From contig CM106585.1 in NCBI GenBank assembly GCA_048013815.1, forward strand, positions 6,510,001 through 6,574,000: a stretch of DNA of 64,000 bases, read 5' to 3'. The notes under the pieces were generated by a model. The model was not told where the DNA came from. It searched no databases and saw only the letters and a program-made list of their open reading frames with translations. Position numbers and translations under genes: made by a program. Positions 58,387 to 64,000 of the stretch are shown here, in pieces. Positions within the stretch are counted from its first letter, which is position 1, and every line of letters starts with the position of its first letter. The DNA is from Setoptus koraiensis. Taxonomy: Eukaryota; Animalia; Arthropoda.

Positions 58387-59770
58387 AATAAAAATGGTGA
58401 TGATATGATTTTTTTACCGCTGAATTGTGCTCCAAATTTATTCATCTTTCATAGACCAATTGAGAAACTTTGGGCTAAATCAACCCCCTCTGGATTTATA
58501 GGTGGGGTTTACCATGGGTTTGTGAGCGACAACCCCGAGGAATAAGAAACTGTGAAAGAGTGTTAAATTTCATACAATGGGCAAAGATGAGGCAGAGACT
58601 TGGAACATTGCATTACTTTCGTCGGGGTTCCTTCAATTATCTTTGACTCATTCGTCTGGACTAGACATTGCGAGAGAAAATGGCCATCTTGTCGGTCTTA
58701 AGCTCTAAAATATAATCGAACAGATTGATTTCGTGGAGTATTTTAGTGAGCTGCAGTCAGCTAGCTTAGCGTGAGGCTGTCATGCATTTGTCTAGGGGAT
58801 ACCGTTTTCCTCCTCCATGAGGTACGCAGTTCTCGAATATCTATTAACAAAATGCGTTACAATCGCGATACATAAGCTGTGAACTGTTCTGCTGTTCGAT
58901 GAACCTATCGCATTAAATTCCCCTTGACGCTTAACACAATTATTGATGTTTTGATAAGATTCTAATGAGGGCGGGAAAACTACGTTCTCTAGAATACAGT
59001 GCGAACATAAGTATACTGAAGCGATCAATTGTGCAACATCTGTTATAACCATTAGTGAGGATAACAGGTGAATTTGCCAATAGTAGACGGGACCCTATGT
59101 AATGTGTAGTGTGGGTTGAATATAAGTCTAGTAGTTACTGCGAAGGAAGGAAACTTTTGTTACTCATATAGCCATTTTGCCTGTTATTCTTTCCGCATGG
59201 AATGGTACCTCATCTTGTGCGTAGCCGATGTAGCTTTAAGATTAGACTTACATCAATCAAGACCTAAGCTCGAATGTTGTTTACATATTCATGGAAAAAC
59301 ATACGAAACGAGAAAGTTTGCTAATAGACTTTCGCTCATTTAGTCGCTTAGTTGGAACTGTAGAATAGATGATGAAGGCCGCCTACGCAATTTATGTAGT
59401 AAAATTAAAAGTGTGTCGACTTATACGCGCTTGCGCGCTATTTATTATTTGCCTCTTGTGAAACAATATGAAGGTGTTATCAAGGTTAGGCCAAGGTTGG
59501 CTAAAACCTTCTCTGATTCTTTCAGTTTGAGTTTCTCTAGAGGGAAACTAAGCAAACAACAACAATGATGAACACGATGATCTATGTACCATCCCGGACA
59601 TAAAGATCACGCAGCAAACAATCGCACCAACATAAGATACATGACCCACCTATAGCTAAAGAATAGATTTAGTCCAACATTTTGAAACAGGATAGAAGAC
59701 TCAGTATAATAAAAGAAGAATTGATTGAAAGTTAAGTGACCAACGACAATATATAAGCAGATATAGCGAT

Positions 59771-60668
59771 ATGTACGATACCTATGTTGAGGTGGAAAGG
59801 GGTGGGGTCATTATTACTCCGAACCCAAACTCACAAGAATTGTACTATAGAAGGAAACCAAATTGGTCTGCATCAACAAGTTGGCTGCATTTGCTGATTT
59901 GCATAATAGCTTGTCCTCTGATTGTTTGGAACCTCTTTAACTTGCTCGAGACAATTATCGTATACACAAGGATTAAGATAGATCCCCTATCCAGTGAGCC
60001 AGGCACAACCGGCACTAGTGTTCATCCAATTGGGTTATTTATTGTATTGTGCCCCATTTTACTGAGTTTGTAAGTATCTAAAGTATAAGAAAATCATTCA
60101 GTAGGGTTATTATGACACTTGCCATAGATATCTTGTAACAAAGTGAAGATCGATTTTTAAAATCCCTTGTACAATGCATTCATTTCGTTCGATCTCATAA
60201 AATAGGTTGGGAGGTATATTTGCCTTAGTCAACGAATCATCATACTTCTCGTATCGCCTGGCCAAATTCTTGCATACAATTGTTTTCCTTAGTATTATAA
60301 TATCCGTATTTCTGGTACTATTCACCTATAAGATTGTAGGGATTGTTTGGTTGGTGGTGATACTATTGTTTATGATTCTCTACGCAATAGGATACTGGAG
60401 ATTCATCATCAATTCTGCGCCTTACTTGAATGAAGAAGGACCCATTTGGTTCAAGCCACTGCTATATTTCTGTTATGCAGCCATACCTATACTGATTACA
60501 GGAAGTCAATGCCACGATCGTGCTACGTACGGTTGTCTGCCCAGCGATTGGATAGGTGGTAGAACAATGTTCATAGATGTTTTTTCATTTGTATTGATGA
60601 CAGCGATCGCTGTAATCAGTGTATTACCTTATCTATTCAGTTCGAAAACAAACACAGGAAGAGCTTAA
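59771..60668 (+). CDS. Unidentified ~6-TM membrane protein, ~253 aa (exons 59771-60069, 60206-60668)
   Basis: Two hydrophobic ORFs join in frame across a 136-nt GTAAGT...AG intron. Confidence 0.72.
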
Positions 60669-61497
60669 TTAACGGAGCGAACTAGTTGAAGCAAGACAGC
60701 CTAACGAACCACTAATCAACTAAAGAGGATTCAATACCTTGTTCAATTGAATTAGATGAGATTGATTCTCAGAAACAAACACAAAATAACAAAAAATTTA
60801 ATCTAATCTATTTCGATCCACAATATATCAGCAATTTTTTGCATCGATTCTTACTTTCACTCCATGCTACGTTTCATTGACTTTTTGAAGTATCGTATAA
60901 ACATGGGCTCGCAGGATTATTTTTCGTTATAGCACTTTGTTACCACACGATTCATTCGGATGATCAGACTCTAATGAAGGCGTAACTTCGCCGAATTCTC
61001 TCTCCGCACAAAACCATGTTTGACCTGAAATTCGATCATACCGGAAATAGAACAAATAGCCAATCGACATTCCGTTCTGATATCTCTGACACGCTCGGAT
61101 CTTACTATGATATAGAGTCAGATTTATTCAACGATCAGAACGAATGATCTAAATTATGACCATAAAATTATAGAATGCACTATGGCGTCTCACAAGTGTG
61201 TATGTTTTCTAGAAAACCACCGGATGATAGATTTCAGCATCTAACATCGAAATGTGCAAAACCGTTTAAATTTGGCGCGACTTTCGCCAAAGAGTGTGGC
61301 CGTATTCTTTTTTTACTGCTGACGATGATTATTCCTATCCAGCGAGACTGAGCACATTCTTTCTCCAACAGCCAGCTTTCCGTCATGGTATCAGTACTTT
61401 AATAAACATTATTGTCATTATTAACCATCAATATTTATATTGCAATATCCGTATTGTTGCTTTTAGGACGATATCGACTCAACAACACACACCAAGA

Positions 61498-62136
61498 ATG
61501 CATAAACAATTTATCTATTTGATATTAACGATAACAGTACTATTTATAAGCCAATACTGTCATGTGGAGGCAATCAGATTCGAGCTACAGGCCAACACAA
61601 AGAAATGTCTCCGAGAAGAAATGAGAAAAGACCTACTTGTGGTCGGAGAATACGATATTAGCGCCTTGCCTGGCACAACTATTGATTTTCAAATCACTGA
61701 TTCAAAGGGGCACACTGCCTTAATACGTGATAACATCAACGAACCCGGTAAATTTGCCGTTACATCTGACAAAGACGATGAATATGATTTCTGTTTCTCC
61801 TATTCGTCATCACCCGCTCATCATTTGGCTCCTAGAGAGGTCTTTCTCAATGTTAAAGTAGGCATCGAGGCCAGATCATATGAGGCTGGACCGAACGATG
61901 ATAAGATGACTGAATTGGACCAGTCGCTAACTAGAACACAGGATGTGACCAATTCCATCATCGATGATCTCGCTTATCTCAAGAAAAGGGAATCTGAGAT
62001 GCGTGACACAAACGAATCCACAAGCAGGAGAGTATTTTATCAATCAATCATTTCAGTTATAATATTAATAGTCTTAGCAACGTGGCAAATATTATATCTA
62101 AGAAGGTTTTTCAAAGCCCGCAAATTAATAGATTAA
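61498..62136 (+). CDS. TMED10: p24 cargo receptor TMED10 (baiser)
   Basis: Signal peptide, GOLD domain KKCLREE, MRDTNEST, TM and ILYLRRFFKARKLID tail. Confidence 0.95.
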   Translation: MHKQFIYLILTITVLFISQYCHVEAIRFELQANTKKCLREEMRKDLLVVGEYDISALPGTTIDFQITDSKGHTALIRDNINEPGKFAVTSDKDDEYDFCFSYSSSPAHHLAPREVFLNVKVGIEARSYEAGPNDDKMTELDQSLTRTQDVTNSIIDDLAYLKKRESEMRDTNESTSRRVFYQSIISVIILIVLATWQILYLRRFFKARKLID

Positions 62137-62559
62137 ACCTATATTTACAACTAATCTATCAACCAATAAATATATCACACTACTAGAATTCACATGAATA
62201 ACGCCTCATTACTATCTTTCTCGCTCTGATCTCGTATTGCTATTGGCATTGTACTTGGGCTTGTGATATGAAACGTTGTCAGTTGCCTACAATAATCTGG
62301 ACCTCTTAACACCTAATATTGTTGTACTGTATGAACCGGTCTTTTTTTATATCTGCTTTGGTAACAGTGCTGCCATCCAGTTTCTAAAGCGCGCTATCTG
62401 CTCTGTAAGTAAACTGCTCCGTGCACAGCCAACCGCCGGTGCACCACCATGCGGTGTCCATGTCGTAACTTGGTCAGTATTTTTTTGCAAGATATTTCTT
62501 TCATTTACTGTCTAGATTATCATTGCTTCCTTGTTAGACAGAAATCACTTCCACCAATA

Positions 62560-64000
62560 ATGGCCTCGTTGAATAGAGCAATACCCTCCAAGATAAGATG
62601 CATCAGCAGGATATGTGGTAATACGTTAAATGATCATCGGTTGATGATGTCAACGGCAAAACTTATAGAAACAGAAGAGAGTAGAAAGTTGAAAAATCTT
62701 AGTAGAGCAGACTATAGTATAAAAGAGAGGATCCCTTTCAGTAATGCCCCCCCAACCAAGGCCCCTACTATGATAGAATCGCTGGATATTCAAATCAAAG
62801 ATAGAAAGCATCACGTTAGTTTCACGGCCGATGAAGTGATTAAATGGATCAGATTCGGGCTATTGGATCCAAATATTGCAACTCAGTATTGTTTCTTTTT
62901 GTCAAAATTCTGCAAGTCCTGCAGCGAGGAGGATCAAAAATATTTTGGTAGATTTATTATAAAAATTCTCCAATTAGTAGCGAATCGCAAATTGCCAAAT
63001 TCAGTCAAGGCAAAACTCTGCTCAGAGGCAGCCGCTGCAACTCCAGAGGTTTGTCACGAAGTTGTTACAAAAATCATTGATATCTTTGGGGAATCGGATT
63101 CTTGGTCACCAATCAGATATTCTGAAATTCTGATTGCATGTTATAAATTCTCGTTGATTGAAGATGCTGAAAAACTTTTGGACAAATATGGCTCAATTAT
63201 AGTCACAGAGAGTGCGGTTGACGCTCTCTTAGACATGATGAACAACCATAGTGTGCACGAATCGAAAGACAAGAAAGATCAGGCAACAAATGCAACCAAA
63301 GAGTCTTTAGTTAATCATTTCGTTAAGGTCATGAGTAATTTAGAGATCAAACAAAGTGCTATGATTTGTCGAGATAGGGACTCACGTTTGTCAGGACTGG
63401 AGAAGTGTGGAATATCGATCACTAGAGACGCCAACATCAAATATGGTGGAAAATGCACCAATTGTAACAACCATGTGCCGCTGCTGGAGAAACAAATTGC
63501 CCAAACAATTCATACTGCCATAAAAACGAATTGTTTTGACCAACAGTCATTTCTAAACAAAACATCAACGCCCCAAGAAATCGAGCGTTTTGAGAAATTC
63601 CTCGACAATCTTTATAAGAGAGACCGCAAACCTCTCGATCTAGTTATTGACGGCTTAAATATCGCGTTCAACAAAAACTACAGTTTTAAGGTAGATGAAA
63701 CTATTCAATCGGATGGCGTCAAAAAAATTGTGAGGGACACTTCGAACTCAGATGCACTTTCTCAAAGGTTAGTCAATACAATCATTAGGACTGAAGTGCT
63801 CAATAATTATCGCAGAATCCTCCTAATAGGTAGATTCTCTATGAAACATTGGCGTGGTTTAACTTTCTTCTTGAATAAGCACAACGTGGACGTATTTTTT
63901 CTAGACGCCAAGTCGAATGACGATTTATTCACACTGTATGCCGCCACAAAATATCCAAAAACGCTGTTCATGTCCAATGATCTGATGAGGCAACATATCC
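62560..64000 (+). CDS. PRORP: Mitochondrial RNase P catalytic subunit MRPP3/PRORP, runs off the window end
   Basis: Hand translation gives GKCTNC (Zn), TSTPQEIERFEKFL, DLVIDGLNIAF, DAKSNDDLFTLYAA and FMSNDLMRQH (NYN domain). It is absent from the ORF track because there is no stop within the window. Confidence 0.92.
   Translation, partial: MASLNRAIPSKIRCISRICGNTLNDHRLMMSTAKLIETEESRKLKNLSRADYSIKERIPFSNAPPTKAPTMIESLDIQIKDRKHHVSFTADEVIKWIRFGLLDPNIATQYCFFLSKFCKSCSEEDQKYFGRFIIKILQLVANRKLPNSVKAKLCSEAAAATPEVCHEVVTKIIDIFGESDSWSPIRYSEILIACYKFSLIEDAEKLLDKYGSIIVTESAVDALLDMMNNHSVHESKDKKDQATNATKESLVNHFVKVMSNLEIKQSAMICRDRDSRLSGLEKCGISITRDANIKYGGKCTNCNNHVPLLEKQIAQTIHTAIKTNCFDQQSFLNKTSTPQEIERFEKFLDNLYKRDRKPLDLVIDGLNIAFNKNYSFKVDETIQSDGVKKIVRDTSNSDALSQRLVNTIIRTEVLNNYRRILLIGRFSMKHWRGLTFFLNKHNVDVFFLDAKSNDDLFTLYAATKYPKTLFMSNDLMRQHI

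Overview
Eukaryotic, gene-dense, intron-poor arthropod DNA. It is most likely a compact mite genome such as an eriophyoid, inferred from gene content, long intronless housekeeping genes and a few introns of about 70-180 nt. Recognisable genes are COA5, XAB2/SYF1, Sgf11 (in two separated pieces), GNPNAT1, TTC30/IFT70, GckIII/STK25, MIOS, an HSF-domain gene, CAPA and pyrokinin-like neuropeptide precursors, RNF113A, a claudin locus, a CUB protein, APEX2, COQ2, MRPS23, TBP, a Ly6 coiled-like gene, AGK, ABCF1, TMED10 and PRORP. The window also holds several orphan secreted or membrane proteins, a hAT MITE with perfect TIRs and TSD, and a 500-N gap followed by about 2.4 kb of unreliable sequence. 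Three signals stand out. (1) Repeated 5'-end capture: COQ2 carries a duplicated promoter, exon 1, intron and first ~55 codons of its neighbour MRPS23, and RNF113A sits inside a decayed duplicate of the AGK-ABCF1 block, using the ABCF1 promoter and first ~25 codons. (2) One claudin locus has two alternative first exons (Kune-like and Sinuous-like) that appear to share TM2-TM4. (3) A tandem PRXamide locus (CAPA-PVK plus pyrokinin-like) may share one signal-peptide exon. Family assignments are from recalled motifs and splice models are hand-built; no database search was run.
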